A DNA stretch of 64,000 bases from Bdellovibrionales bacterium (lineage in GTDB: Bacteria; Bdellovibrionota; Bdellovibrionia; Bdellovibrionales; JAGQZY01), in the NCBI GenBank assembly GCA_031426555.1, contig JANPLN010000015.1, positions 191,863 to 255,862 of the forward strand, read 5' to 3'. Numbering within the stretch: the stretch's first letter is position 1; the number at the start of each line of letters is the position of its first letter. The translations under genes were made by a program, and so were the position numbers. The notes beneath the pieces were generated by a model. The model made no database searches, was not told where the DNA came from, and was given only the letters and a program-made list of their open reading frames with translations. Of the stretch, positions 20,007 through 30,196 are shown in pieces.

Positions 20007-21386
20007 TGAAGCCATAGATGTCTGTGATATTTTGTGGGAGCACGCGACCCAAAAGTCCGCGAGTTCGGGAAACACTTCGATCAATGAATGCCCACGCTTG
20101 CGGTCGTTGGCTGAAAACCAATTAAAAAACTCAAGCATTTGCATATCATTTGGCTGTTGAGAGGCAAGGGCACGACTCATTTCACTTAAATCTTTGCGAA
20201 AATTCTTCCAAGATCCATTCACGGCTGTGGCTAAATCCATTTCATCTTCCACAGTTTCTAAAAAGTGACTGGCGTCATCAAGAGACTTCGAAAAGCTCGG
20301 CGGAAGAGACAAAAAGGAATGTACGGCTGGTTCGGTAACGACAATTTTTTTAATGTAAATAGGTACGTTAAAGTGTTTAGACTTTTGATAAAGGTACTCA
20401 AAGAAACCCTTCAAGGTAGAAACGCTCAAGGCGCTCACAGCAATCAAAAAAGAAATATGAAAATTTTCGGTCTTCAAACTCAACAGTTGGTTTAAATTTT
20501 CATCCCAGCGCTGCCAGTCCAGGCCGAAACGAATGTACTCCGCCCTTTTGCCAACGCTATCCATGCTGAGATAAAGTTTAACATTAAAAAACTCGGTGAG
20601 CTCTGGCAAAATTTGTTTGAAGTTGTCTATTTGCTTCTGACTCAAGTTCAAATTTGTGATGATCGCTAAGTCAATTTGGTATCTTTTTACTTTTTTATCT
20701 TTCGCGAGGTTCAGCAGCCGATAGATTAACGGATAAAAGTCTTTATTCAAAAAAGGCTCTCCACCAATGAGCGAGATCGTATCGATTTCGTGGATGGCGC
20801 CGTGCTCAAGCCAGTTCCAAAAAACATCTTTTAATTCATGAACCTGTTGCACGTTTTCTGGGGTGGGGGTTTGCTTTTTTCCTAAACCAAATCGAATATT
20901 TTCCTGTTCCCATAACGAGCTGAACTGTTCGCTGCAGTAAATGCACTTCATGTTACAGGTGTTATCGAGCACAATCTCTAAAGTGTAGGGAGCATTGCTG
21001 GACGTTAAATCTTTTTCTTTTCGCAAACGGCGAAGGTGGTCAGCATCTGATTCGTGCAAGCGTTGTCCGCCGGGATCGATATAATCCGAAAATTTCTTCG
21101 CGTGATTGCGGAAGCTGGCAATGCCTTTGTCTTCAAGTTGCCAGCAAGCTGAACATTCTTGGTGGCGAACGCCATCGAGCATTTCTTGGCGGCGCTTAAG
21201 AATCAGATCGTTTTTGCTAAAGTAAGCTTCGCCTTTTTGGCGCAACTCTAAAAAATCCACTTTGTGCGCAGGAGTTTTGCAGCAATGTCTAAATTCCAAA
21301 CGGTCAAAATTGATGATGGGGTAATTCCAACGGTAGGTGCAAACTGATAGGGTGGGATCCGGTTTTTCCATGGTCCCCTCGATCAC
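19989..21386 (-). CDS. Radical SAM protein with N-terminal twitch-like Cys domain
   Basis: CTYRW..RHCC..CSACW, CNMKCIYC, IGGEPF, LSMDS..EYIRFG; likely start ATG 21371. Confidence 0.9.
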   Translation of the reverse strand: MIEGTMEKPDPTLSVCTYRWNYPIINFDRLEFRHCCKTPAHKVDFLELRQKGEAYFSKNDLILKRRQEMLDGVRHQECSACWQLEDKGIASFRNHAKKFSDYIDPGGQRLHESDADHLRRLRKEKDLTSSNAPYTLEIVLDNTCNMKCIYCSEQFSSLWEQENIRFGLGKKQTPTPENVQQVHELKDVFWNWLEHGAIHEIDTISLIGGEPFLNKDFYPLIYRLLNLAKDKKVKRYQIDLAIITNLNLSQKQIDNFKQILPELTEFFNVKLYLSMDSVGKRAEYIRFGLDWQRWDENLNQLLSLKTENFHISFLIAVSALSVSTLKGFFEYLYQKSKHFNVPIYIKKIVVTEPAVHSFLSLPPSFSKSLDDASHFLETVEDEMDLATAVNGSWKNFRKDLSEMSRALASQQPNDMQMLEFFNWFSANDRKRGHSLIEVFPELADFWVACSHKISQTSMASSAAIP

Positions 21387-22069
21387 GAGTCACAAAAGTT
21401 GATAAGCACGTCGGTAAATCGATTCAGTTCTAAGATTTCGTCATGGCTACCGCCCAGGTCAGGATGAAACACCCGGGCTAATTTTTTTCGCGCCAAACCC
21501 ACAGCCTCGGCACTCAATGAGTCCGCCAATGCAAAACCATTCTCGGAAAAATACCGCAAAGCCTCAGCGACGTTGTCCGGAAAGAGCGGGGCCATCGGCG
21601 TTTTGGCGTTCTTGGTTTTTTTAAATTTTTGCGCCCGTTCTTTTTGGAGCTGGTATTGCTGTTTTCGGTAGTCGGCTTGTTTTAATTTGTAAGCCGCCTG
21701 GGAGTCGATTTGCGTTTGCGAAAGCTTTGGTCTCAGGGCCTCTGGCGCTGAAGTGGCATCCGCAGTTGTAAGTTCGGTTTTACCGGAAAAAAAATCAGGA
21801 TTTTTTTCTTCCACCACCATCATGGTGGCCCAAATGTGTTTGCACAAATTCCCTTTTTTTCCTAGTGGGCAATTGCAAAAAGCCGTCAAAAGGGGGCTAT
21901 CGATGGAGGGGCTTTTTAACTGCACTTTTAACGACGTAGAGGCTCGAATGTAAGCCAGAAGCTCGGTATCCGTAGCACGCATCAGCGCCACCTGCCCCTT
22001 GTTGACAAAGGCCTGCCCCGCACTACGCACCTCAGATTTGAAAAAATCCACCCAAGTTTCAATCGCCAT
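21383..22069 (-). CDS. SWIM zinc-finger protein with C-terminal J-domain-like segment
   Basis: CNC-x7-CKH SWIM motif; RKKLARVFHPDLGG. Confidence 0.75.
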   Translation of the reverse strand: MAIETWVDFFKSEVRSAGQAFVNKGQVALMRATDTELLAYIRASTSLKVQLKSPSIDSPLLTAFCNCPLGKKGNLCKHIWATMMVVEEKNPDFFSGKTELTTADATSAPEALRPKLSQTQIDSQAAYKLKQADYRKQQYQLQKERAQKFKKTKNAKTPMAPLFPDNVAEALRYFSENGFALADSLSAEAVGLARKKLARVFHPDLGGSHDEILELNRFTDVLINFCDS

Positions 22070-22169
22070 ATTTTAGATTTACCGCGAAGTTGTTCCCAAG
22101 GACAAACAAATTAATGGCCCTTTAGCTGGACACACTTAATTTTTCTCACATATTTCCGATAACGTATTC

Positions 22170-23381
22170 GTGAATCGAACTTATTTTTGCAAGAAAGCTA
22201 TTATACTTCAAAGCCTTTGCCTGCTGATCCTTTTCGGTTGTTCGAGCAATACCTCTGTTTCAATTTGGGACACAAGTTTTAACGGATCCAGCTATAAAAC
22301 TTTTTTCCAAGTTATATTCGACACAACTATCCAAGGCTTCTCCTTAACGCCAGACGGTAACTATGCCGGTGGGGCGAATGGCCTTTTTGCTTTTGGCGAA
22401 AAACAGGTTTGGCGAGTGAAACCCAACGCAGCCCTCGACACAAGCTTTGGGGGAACCGGCATAATCACCTTAAGTAACGCTATCGTAAAAGGCATCGAGG
22501 ACACATTGGTGACCGCCGATGGAAAAATGCTCGTTTGCGGACTATCTGCAGTTGGCGATGCGATGTTTGTGATGCGACTGAATGTGGATGGGAGTTTAGA
22601 CACCTCCTTCAATGGAACAGGCTACATGACCCACAGCTCCGCTGCAGGTGGAAACTACGATTTCGCAAAGACAATTTCTGTGGACGGTAATGGCAAAATC
22701 GTTGTTGCAGGAACTTCGAAAGATGCCGGAGGTGATCCCGATTTTGCTGTTTGGCGAATCAATACGGATGGTACGCTCGACTCCACATTTAACGGGACAG
22801 GTTTTACTTCTGTGGACCTTGGGTTGGGAGACGAGTCGGCAGTGGATATTGCCATTGAATCTTCTGGGAGGATCGTCGTTTTAGGTTCGTATGTGAGCGG
22901 GGGCACAAATTACATGGCTCACTTCCGACTCAGTGCAAACGGCATTTTGGATAACATCTACGATACAGCATTTGTGAGCGCAAGGCTTAGGGGAGGGACC
23001 ATTGCACTTGATTCAGCGGACAACTCGTATGTAACGGCAAATTTTTCAATACTAAAGTTCGATCCAAATGGAAACTTGCAATTAACGTTTGCGACAAGCA
23101 CGAGCACAGCATCCTCAGTTTCCAATATTGTTGTGATGCCGGATGATCGTATTTTCGCGATCTATAGCTATTCGGACCCAGTAAGTATCGCGCGATTTAC
23201 AACGGAAGGTGTCTTTAAAGGATCCCACCGGTTTCCACAAATACCAAACCCCTACGGTGGTACCGCCGACTTAGGCTGGAACTCTTTAATCAGTGATGGG
23301 GCAGGAAAACTGGTCATCGCTGGAACTATTTACTACGATATCGATTCAAACCTTACCCTGTGGCGTCTTTTCGAGTTTTAA
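22170..23381 (+). CDS. Lipoprotein with delta-60-type beta-propeller repeats
   Basis: Lipobox LFGC; repeated DG(S/T)LDTSF(N/G)GTG and GKIVVAG. Confidence 0.82.
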   Translation: MNRTYFCKKAIILQSLCLLILFGCSSNTSVSIWDTSFNGSSYKTFFQVIFDTTIQGFSLTPDGNYAGGANGLFAFGEKQVWRVKPNAALDTSFGGTGIITLSNAIVKGIEDTLVTADGKMLVCGLSAVGDAMFVMRLNVDGSLDTSFNGTGYMTHSSAAGGNYDFAKTISVDGNGKIVVAGTSKDAGGDPDFAVWRINTDGTLDSTFNGTGFTSVDLGLGDESAVDIAIESSGRIVVLGSYVSGGTNYMAHFRLSANGILDNIYDTAFVSARLRGGTIALDSADNSYVTANFSILKFDPNGNLQLTFATSTSTASSVSNIVVMPDDRIFAIYSYSDPVSIARFTTEGVFKGSHRFPQIPNPYGGTADLGWNSLISDGAGKLVIAGTIYYDIDSNLTLWRLFEF

Positions 23382-23472
23382 AGCAAATAATTTGCCATTT
23401 TGACCCTCAGATATTGACCAGAAGGGGATTTTTATCCAATATGGGGCCCAAATCTTTAACGAGGAACAAATT

Positions 23473-23934
23473 ATGCGAGCAATGGGTGAATTTCCGGTAC
23501 ATATTTTGACAAAAGGCATCGAAGCAAAAAAGGCATTGATGGCCGAAGGTAAAACCGAAGAGGAAATCTCGGCAGCCATTGGCGAAACGTTTAAATACAG
23601 CGAAGGCAAGTTGAAAAACTTTATCACGGCCGTTGGCATTGTTGAGCCTAAAACCGAAAAGCTGTATCGCGTGCGCATTTTCGCTTTTAACGAAGGCGAA
23701 AAAGTTCCTGAAGATGCAGTTAAAGTGGAAGAGCTTCATTTTGTTGCTGAGTACTTTGGCGACAAGCCAACGGGAGCAGCGCCAGTGACCGAAAAAGTAA
23801 GTCGCAGCGGCGGCGCCAAAAAAGATCGTCCTCGCGGACCAAAAGCCTCTCCATGGGGTCTTTCGCCCGAAGAAATCAATGCTAAAAAAGAGGCCAGCCT
23901 CCGCGCTCAGGCCGCCAAAGCGAAACCCTCTTAA
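23473..23934 (+). CDS. Hypothetical protein
   Basis: GAGGA SD, coding-like composition, terminator at its end. Confidence 0.7.
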   Translation: MRAMGEFPVHILTKGIEAKKALMAEGKTEEEISAAIGETFKYSEGKLKNFITAVGIVEPKTEKLYRVRIFAFNEGEKVPEDAVKVEELHFVAEYFGDKPTGAAPVTEKVSRSGGAKKDRPRGPKASPWGLSPEEINAKKEASLRAQAAKAKPS

Positions 23935-23947
23935 GGAGGGTTTTTTT
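23923..23947 (+). terminator. Intrinsic terminator
   Basis: AAACCCTC-TTAAG-GAGGGTTT followed by a T run. Confidence 0.7.
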
Positions 23948-23954
23948 AAGCAGC

Positions 23955-26339
23955 ATGGGGTTCTCTGAACTTCTTAAGCGAATCATGTCGTTTTATCAGC
24001 TTCAGCCTGTAACAGACGCTGATCAGGGACAAATTTGGCTGATGAAGACCCTCGATATATTTCCAAAGCCATTTTTCCTGGTGGACTATCAACAAAAGCG
24101 AGTGTCCTTTACCAATGCGGCGGCTCGCCAAATGCTAGGGCTGGAATATGCCACGCGAAGTATTGCCGAAATCTATGGGAAAGAACTTTCGGTTTTCGAC
24201 ACCGACGGCGTGTTAGTCCCCATGGGCAACCTGCCCAGCGCTCGCGTGGCTCGTGGAGAAAAAGTAGAGGGTGAAGAATTTCTTTTAACGACGCCCAACG
24301 GCCAATTTAATATCAAAGTCTATTCTGGAGAAATTCCAAAAATGCACAATCGGCCGGCGGTGGGGCTGATTATTTTTCAAGACATCACGGAGCTCAAGGC
24401 AACAGAAAGCAATTTACTCCAGGCGCAGTCGGATTTAAACGAAGCGGTAGAAACTGCCATGGTGGGATTTTGGAGTTTGGACAAACAAACAAACAAAATA
24501 ATCATCAGCAAGCAACTCGAAAAACAATTTGGTTTGGCTGAGGGTGACTTCGATGGAACGTTGCAATCGGTTATGACCCACATTCATCCCGACGACGTGG
24601 AGCGTGTTGAAAAAGAAATCCAGAAAAGTCTTACCACCGGAGCTCCTTACCGCATTGAATATCGCGTGCGACACAAGGATGGTAGCATTCGTTGGATCGA
24701 AGCCAAAAGTGGAACCACCGGCGATAAAACAATTGATAGCCATCGGTTTGCCGGAACAACTCTCGACATCACCGAGAGGGTCAACAGCCGGTTGCAGCTG
24801 GAGGCCAGCGAACGCGAGTTTCGTTTACTTGCGGACTCCATGCCGCAGATTGTATGGAGCGCCGATCCACAAGGTCAGCTCGATTATTTCAATAAGGTGT
24901 GGTTTGACTACAGCGGTTCCACCTACGAAATCAACAAAGGGGCGGGATGGGCTCAGTTTGTTCATCCCGAAGATATGCCCCAAACCCTCGAGCGCTGGAA
25001 AAATTCTTTGCAAACCAGTCAGCCCTACGAAAATGAATTTCGCTTGCTCCATCGTTCGGGTGAGTATCGTTGGCATGTGGCTCGTGCGCGCGCCATTTTT
25101 AAAGAGTCTTCAGCCAACGAAGTAAAAAAATGGTACGGAACCAACACCGACATCCACGAGCAAAAGATTTTAACCGAAAAATTAGCCGAGGCTCGCACGA
25201 CCGCCGAGCGGGCGAATTCGGCCAAATCGCAGTTTCTGGCAAATATGAGTCACGAAATTCGCACTCCGCTGGGAGCCATCATCGGCTTTTCGGAGCTGAT
25301 CAAGGAGCGCGGACTCGAACAAAACCAGACAAGCGAATTTATTTCGGTGATCGAGCGAAACTCCGCACAGCTGTTACGGATTATTGACGACATTTTAGAT
25401 TTATCAAAAGTAGAAGCGGGCAAGATGCTCATCGAAAATCTCGCGTTCTCGCTCCCAGAGATGCTGCGAGAATTCTCTGCCCAAATGAACTTCAAAGCGA
25501 GTGCTCGCGGAATTCGCTTTCAGCTCAAAGCAACAACTCCCATACCACAAACAATTATTTCCGACATCACCCGTCTTCGCCAGATTTTGATGAACGTCGT
25601 GGGAAACGCCATTAAGTTTACCGATAAAGGATTTGTGGAATTGCGAGTGAAGTTTGCAGACACTCTTTTAGAATTCGAAGTGCAAGACACGGGACGTGGA
25701 ATTTCAGAAGAGCAAAGAAAAATTCTTTTTCAACCCTTCACGCAAGCCGATGCATCGACCACCAGAAAGTATGGAGGTACGGGCCTGGGCCTCACTCTCA
25801 CTCGCAGTCTTGCAGAGGCTCTCGGCGGAACCTTCGATCTAAAACACAGCGAATTGGGCAGCGGCAGCACCTTTGTTGTACATCTGAAGGTGAAAACTCA
25901 AGTGGGAACAAGTCTCTATTCAGGATTTGCCGAGTCCATGGCCGAAAGCAAACCTTTGGACAAGCAGGGACAGCTTGCAAGCTTGCAAGTGCTGTTGGTG
26001 GAAGATTCTCCCGACAATCAAACATTGATTTCCATTTATCTCCATCGCGCCGGGGCGAGTGTTGATATCGCTTCCGACGGTGAGGAGGGCTGCAGGATGG
26101 CCACCTCTAAGGACTACGACATTGTGTTGATGGATGTGCAGATGCCAGTTATGGACGGTATTACCGCCGTAAAACACCTGCGAAAGCACGATTACAAAAA
26201 ACCCATCATCGCCCTCACAGCCCATGCCATGAAAGAGGAGCGCGATCGTTGCCTCCAGGCGGGTTTCACCGAGTTTTTAACCAAACCTGTGGTGCGGGAA
26301 GATTTAGTTAATCTTCTCCATAGCTATAAGTCATTATAG
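23955..26339 (+). CDS. PAS-domain hybrid sensor histidine kinase / response regulator
   Basis: Three PAS/PAC regions (IHPDD, VHPED), H-box FLANMSHEIRTPL, N/G boxes, receiver LLVED..LMDVQMP..KP. Confidence 0.96.
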   Translation: MGFSELLKRIMSFYQLQPVTDADQGQIWLMKTLDIFPKPFFLVDYQQKRVSFTNAAARQMLGLEYATRSIAEIYGKELSVFDTDGVLVPMGNLPSARVARGEKVEGEEFLLTTPNGQFNIKVYSGEIPKMHNRPAVGLIIFQDITELKATESNLLQAQSDLNEAVETAMVGFWSLDKQTNKIIISKQLEKQFGLAEGDFDGTLQSVMTHIHPDDVERVEKEIQKSLTTGAPYRIEYRVRHKDGSIRWIEAKSGTTGDKTIDSHRFAGTTLDITERVNSRLQLEASEREFRLLADSMPQIVWSADPQGQLDYFNKVWFDYSGSTYEINKGAGWAQFVHPEDMPQTLERWKNSLQTSQPYENEFRLLHRSGEYRWHVARARAIFKESSANEVKKWYGTNTDIHEQKILTEKLAEARTTAERANSAKSQFLANMSHEIRTPLGAIIGFSELIKERGLEQNQTSEFISVIERNSAQLLRIIDDILDLSKVEAGKMLIENLAFSLPEMLREFSAQMNFKASARGIRFQLKATTPIPQTIISDITRLRQILMNVVGNAIKFTDKGFVELRVKFADTLLEFEVQDTGRGISEEQRKILFQPFTQADASTTRKYGGTGLGLTLTRSLAEALGGTFDLKHSELGSGSTFVVHLKVKTQVGTSLYSGFAESMAESKPLDKQGQLASLQVLLVEDSPDNQTLISIYLHRAGASVDIASDGEEGCRMATSKDYDIVLMDVQMPVMDGITAVKHLRKHDYKKPIIALTAHAMKEERDRCLQAGFTEFLTKPVVREDLVNLLHSYKSL

Positions 26340-26469
26340 CTCTTAAAGCCTTTATTTGTGCGCTTCTGAGACACAAGTGTCTCTGACTGATGCACGAGAT
26401 GAAAAAATCTTTATAAGAGGTCCAGGTCGAGATATTCTGGTTAAGTAATAAAAGTTCATAGGGGGGATC

Positions 26470-26667
26470 ATGAACGGACTATTAACAAGTTTAGAACAAT
26501 TGCAATACGACACGCGACCAATAGTGTACGCCGCGCTCGCGCTTTATTCATTTATGAATTATCGAGCCGTAGAGATACTGTTGTATTGTGGAATTGCGCT
26601 CAGCTTTTGCTGTATTTACGTTCTTCGCAAAAGATTCTTTAGCTATTCAACAGTGAACATTAAGTAG
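26470..26667 (+). CDS. 65-aa membrane protein, paralogue of the next gene
   Basis: GGGGGA SD; ungapped alignment with 26676..26873. Confidence 0.75.
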   Translation: MNGLLTSLEQLQYDTRPIVYAALALYSFMNYRAVEILLYCGIALSFCCIYVLRKRFFSYSTVNIK

Positions 26668-26675
26668 GATGTCCC

Positions 26676-26873
26676 ATGGAGGACCTACTGAATTACTTTG
26701 AACAGGTGCAGTACGAGTCGAGGCCGATGTTTTATGCGGCCCTCTCTTTGTACGCATTTTTATCCAGGGAAATGACTCCTCTGAGTTTTGCGTGTGGAGT
26801 CATTTTGGCGGTCTGTAGCTTTTACGTGTTCAAAATGCGTTATGTTTACCGCTCTCGTTTGATGAAGAGATAG
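26676..26873 (+). CDS. 65-aa membrane protein, paralogue of the previous gene
   Basis: AGGA SD; shared EQxQYxxRPxxYAALxLYxF and CG..L..C..YV. Confidence 0.75.
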   Translation: MEDLLNYFEQVQYESRPMFYAALSLYAFLSREMTPLSFACGVILAVCSFYVFKMRYVYRSRLMKR

Positions 26874-26905
26874 ACTCTGCATTATATTTTCGATAGCTTT
26901 AGGGC

Positions 26906-27346
26906 ATGGGCATTTGGACAAAATTAAGGGCTCTGCCTTCGGCAGCTCTCATCGAAAAATCAAGACTCTTTACAATGATCTTAGTTTGGGTTCTTGGCTT
27001 TATCGTCATCATTCGCGGCTTGGCCCTCGTCCAATTTTTACTGGATTTGGATTATTCGGAAGTCAACATGGTCCGCTTGATTCAATTTGTTTTTCTTAAG
27101 ATTTTGATTCTCAGTTTTCTCGGTTACTATATGCGCTTGCTGTGGCGACGACCTCACCGACTGGCTCTCGGATTTTTAATTTTCTTTTGTGTGGCTAGTC
27201 TTTACCAGTATCGCGATTTGGTGTCTGTGTTTTCGTCGTTGAGTATCGGAGTTATTACCTTCTTACTTTATCTTAAATTGTACGTCTCGGAGAAGAGCCT
27301 CGAAGCACCCGAGCCTAATGCGGTGCAAATTCCTAGCAATAAATAA
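26906..27346 (+). CDS. Hypothetical protein with about four TM helices
   Basis: Four hydrophobic segments. Confidence 0.65.
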   Translation: MGIWTKLRALPSAALIEKSRLFTMILVWVLGFIVIIRGLALVQFLLDLDYSEVNMVRLIQFVFLKILILSFLGYYMRLLWRRPHRLALGFLIFFCVASLYQYRDLVSVFSSLSIGVITFLLYLKLYVSEKSLEAPEPNAVQIPSNK

Positions 27347-27403
27347 CCCCTCAGGTATTTTTAAAGAACTGGGATTTTTAATCCCCCCAGGGAGGGAAGT
27401 TAT

Positions 27404-27850
27404 ATGAAGCATGTATTCGCTTTAGTTTTATTTTTTGCCGCCAATGTGCACGCCATTGATGACTACAATTTTACGTGCGATGTCGAGAGTGATGTTATTG
27501 CAAGCATTCCAGGTTTGAAAAAGGCCCCAGAAAGTCCTGTTGTGGGCTTGAAAATCAAAGTTTTAAAGAGTGAGGTTCCGTTGTACCTCATCAAGGCCTC
27601 CAGTTCGAACGGCGATAAAAACTTGTTTGTGACTGATTGGGTTGCTCCTTCGGAGCTCAGTCAAGAGGGGCTAGATTTGCTGGATCTGTTGTCTTTGTTT
27701 AAAGGCATTGATGTTTCAAGCCTCGAGTCCTTGAGAGCCGGACTGCCCACAGACTTACTAGATACCTTTGCCTATCTAGAGTTGAAGGATCAGTCCGGAA
27801 GCATCTACAAGCTCGGTTTCGACGGGCTTACGATGTATGACTGTCAATAG
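27404..27850 (+). CDS. Exported hypothetical protein
   Basis: GGAGG SD, signal peptide MKHVFALVLFFAANVHA, one N- and one C-terminal Cys. Confidence 0.75.
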   Translation: MKHVFALVLFFAANVHAIDDYNFTCDVESDVIASIPGLKKAPESPVVGLKIKVLKSEVPLYLIKASSSNGDKNLFVTDWVAPSELSQEGLDLLDLLSLFKGIDVSSLESLRAGLPTDLLDTFAYLELKDQSGSIYKLGFDGLTMYDCQ

Positions 27851-27985
27851 TTAGAATCTGACTGTAAACAGTTTCGACAGCTGTCACGCGCCCTTTGGCA
27901 CAGTTGACGCCAAGGGGTACCCAAGTTCGCTGTACGAGTTCCTATAAGCACGGTGATTGCTATTTCTCTAAGTAGGAGAAATACC

Positions 27986-28882
27986 ATGTTCCATAGATTC
28001 TGCATTCAACTGATTGTTCTTTTGTTACCTCTGGCGACATTTGCCAGCGGTAGAAACTATATAAGCAACGGCTTTATCATGCTGCCAAGCCCCAGTGAAA
28101 CCACTGAGGCCGCTCCCCAGGTGGGAGTGTCTGAGGTGACAAGCGCATCGGCCGCCGTAGCACCGGCAGACGCGGAGTCTCCGCAAGCTGTGCGCACTTC
28201 AAAACGACCCGAAGCGCGCCCGGCAGGGCTCACCACTCAGACAGCTCCGCCGAGCACTCCCGGCCTCTATGATATGCGCGGCTGTACTTATAATCGCGGA
28301 TCAACTGATCCAGATTGTTATAGATCCATGTCTACAGTGGATCGCGCCCGTCGCATTATGCATGCTGTGAATTATATCAATGGTTTGCACGAAACCCGCT
28401 TTGATGGGCGATACATGCTTTGCACAGGTTACCGAGAGTCCAATTTTAATCCTGGAGCGAAGGGTGCCGACGGCGAACGCGGAATGTTCCAAGTGATGAA
28501 AGCCACCGGACGTGGTGCTCTGAGATATGGCGTTGAGTTGCCAGAATTCGACCGCATGAACAGCGAAAACTACATGACCAGCATGAGAAATAGCACGGTG
28601 GCTCAGGTTGAGTTGTCGTTTTTAGTTTTAAAAATGAAGTTGCACGAAGATTGTAACGGTGGGCGAGACGCCCCCGCGTGCGGACGAAGAACTAAAATTA
28701 TGAGCGGCCGCGGTGAGACCGACGACTACCGCCGCTTGGCAGGTAAATACAATGGCGGCGGTTACAGTTCGACCTATGCAAAGCGTATCTCCTCCTGTTA
28801 CAGTTGTTTACGAGGAAAAATGTCGGCGACGGCAACCAACATCGGAACCGAAATTCAAAGCTGTTTAAACAAAGCGAAGTAA
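27986..28882 (+). CDS. Exported lytic transglycosylase (SLT domain)
   Basis: RESNFNPGA (catalytic Glu), GMFQVM, KYNGG; signal peptide; AGGAG SD before ATG 27986. Confidence 0.82.
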   Translation: MFHRFCIQLIVLLLPLATFASGRNYISNGFIMLPSPSETTEAAPQVGVSEVTSASAAVAPADAESPQAVRTSKRPEARPAGLTTQTAPPSTPGLYDMRGCTYNRGSTDPDCYRSMSTVDRARRIMHAVNYINGLHETRFDGRYMLCTGYRESNFNPGAKGADGERGMFQVMKATGRGALRYGVELPEFDRMNSENYMTSMRNSTVAQVELSFLVLKMKLHEDCNGGRDAPACGRRTKIMSGRGETDDYRRLAGKYNGGGYSSTYAKRISSCYSCLRGKMSATATNIGTEIQSCLNKAK

Positions 28883-28891
28883 GGACTATTT

Positions 28892-29377
28892 ATGCGAATG
28901 ATTGCACTCACTGTTTTATTGATCTCGAATGTTTGTTTTGCAAAAAGCAGTTTGCTCATTGGAGCTAGCACCAGCGATAGCTTTTTAGCCGATGTAGCTA
29001 CAAGCAACCCCATGCAGGTGATTGTGCAAAATCAACAGTCACAAAAAAGCGAAATGATCAATTTTGAAAACACAGTCAGTGATCTTAAAAAGCTCACGAT
29101 TAAAAAAGCCAATTCCACAAATTCCATGGAGTTATTGTTGGTTGTTTTGACAGTGGCAGATAAAGAGCAAGCCGTGCTGGTGCTCGATTTGCAAAAAGCC
29201 AACAGCTCTCTTTGTAAGCTTCGCAACGAAGGCGACTTTTCATGGTCTGACGATCAAGAACTCATGTCCCGCGTGCGCATTACTAATAAAAATCAAAAAG
29301 AATTCCTGCAGTTTAAAATCGGCAACCGCAAAACCGGCAGCACCAAGTTCTCGTGGATGAATTGCGGCGTAATTTAA
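28892..29377 (+). CDS. Exported hypothetical protein in operon with the SLT gene
   Basis: AAGGA SD 9 bp after SLT stop; signal peptide. Confidence 0.7.
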   Translation: MRMIALTVLLISNVCFAKSSLLIGASTSDSFLADVATSNPMQVIVQNQQSQKSEMINFENTVSDLKKLTIKKANSTNSMELLLVVLTVADKEQAVLVLDLQKANSSLCKLRNEGDFSWSDDQELMSRVRITNKNQKEFLQFKIGNRKTGSTKFSWMNCGVI

Positions 29378-29380
29378 CAG

Positions 29381-30196
29381 CTATTGTGGCAGCAGAAAAG
29401 AAGCTATTTCTTTTTTGTAGGCGTCTGGAAATAGTTTAAGCCCATCCAGGTGGTGAGCGTTCGCGATGGTCCACACCTTTATATTTAACTCCGAATGATC
29501 TTTAAAAATTCCGTTGATGTTTTTTGGAAATACCAAAGGATCCAGCGTGCCGCGAATGGAGAGAATGGGAATAGTCTTGTTCCAACTGCGCAGAGCTTTT
29601 TGCGATCTGCGAAACGCATTGGGGCCCCATAAAAAAACCGACACCGTGGTGAACAGCGCGCGCAGTGGGGCGGTGGGGATGTGCCAAATCTGTGTAAGTA
29701 AACGATAGGTACATTGCCAAACTTCTTTAAACGGACCACTGTCGCAAATCAGATGGGTCACATCTGTGCGTTGGGTGCCCGCGATGATTCCCGCAATGGC
29801 GGGACCCGACATGGCAAAAATAATTTTTTGTCCTTCTACGGAATCGAGCACGTCATGCACTTGTTCTACCCAAACTTGGTACATAAATTGAAAGTTCTTA
29901 ATAAACCCAAAGGGATGGGGATCCCTAATGGAGCTCGCTCGGTAGAGATTAAAAGTAACACAGTGAAAGCCAAGCTCGTTAAATAGCTGAACATGGCGGT
30001 GCAAAATCCGGTGATTGCCCCACATGTTGTGAATCAGCACCACAGTTGGCGTCGCACCGCCTGGCGAAGTCATCTCGAGCGGAGCGAGGGACCCTGCAAT
30101 GGCCACTTTACCTGGCGTAAAGTAAATCACGGTCCCGCGACGGCTCACTCGTTTTTCGACCGTCGATTCTAGTTTTTGTTCCAAAGTTGTTGCCAA
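29381..30196 (-). CDS. Alpha/beta-hydrolase fold protein
   Basis: VVLIHNMWG, atypical elbow FAMSGP, GTLDPLV, AHHLDG. Confidence 0.7.
   Translation of the reverse strand: MATTLEQKLESTVEKRVSRRGTVIYFTPGKVAIAGSLAPLEMTSPGGATPTVVLIHNMWGNHRILHRHVQLFNELGFHCVTFNLYRASSIRDPHPFGFIKNFQFMYQVWVEQVHDVLDSVEGQKIIFAMSGPAIAGIIAGTQRTDVTHLICDSGPFKEVWQCTYRLLTQIWHIPTAPLRALFTTVSVFLWGPNAFRRSQKALRSWNKTIPILSIRGTLDPLVFPKNINGIFKDHSELNIKVWTIANAHHLDGLKLFPDAYKKEIASFLLPQ

Noticed and set aside
27896..27911. Sigma54 promoter TGGCAC-AGTTG-ACGCC
   Set aside because: Poor -12 element and only about 17 bp from the putative activator palindrome; not supportable without TSS data.
16713..30000. Prophage or integrative island at the tRNA
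   Set aside because: The only att-like repeat found is 200 bp from the tRNA; no integrase, terminase, capsid or conjugation genes.
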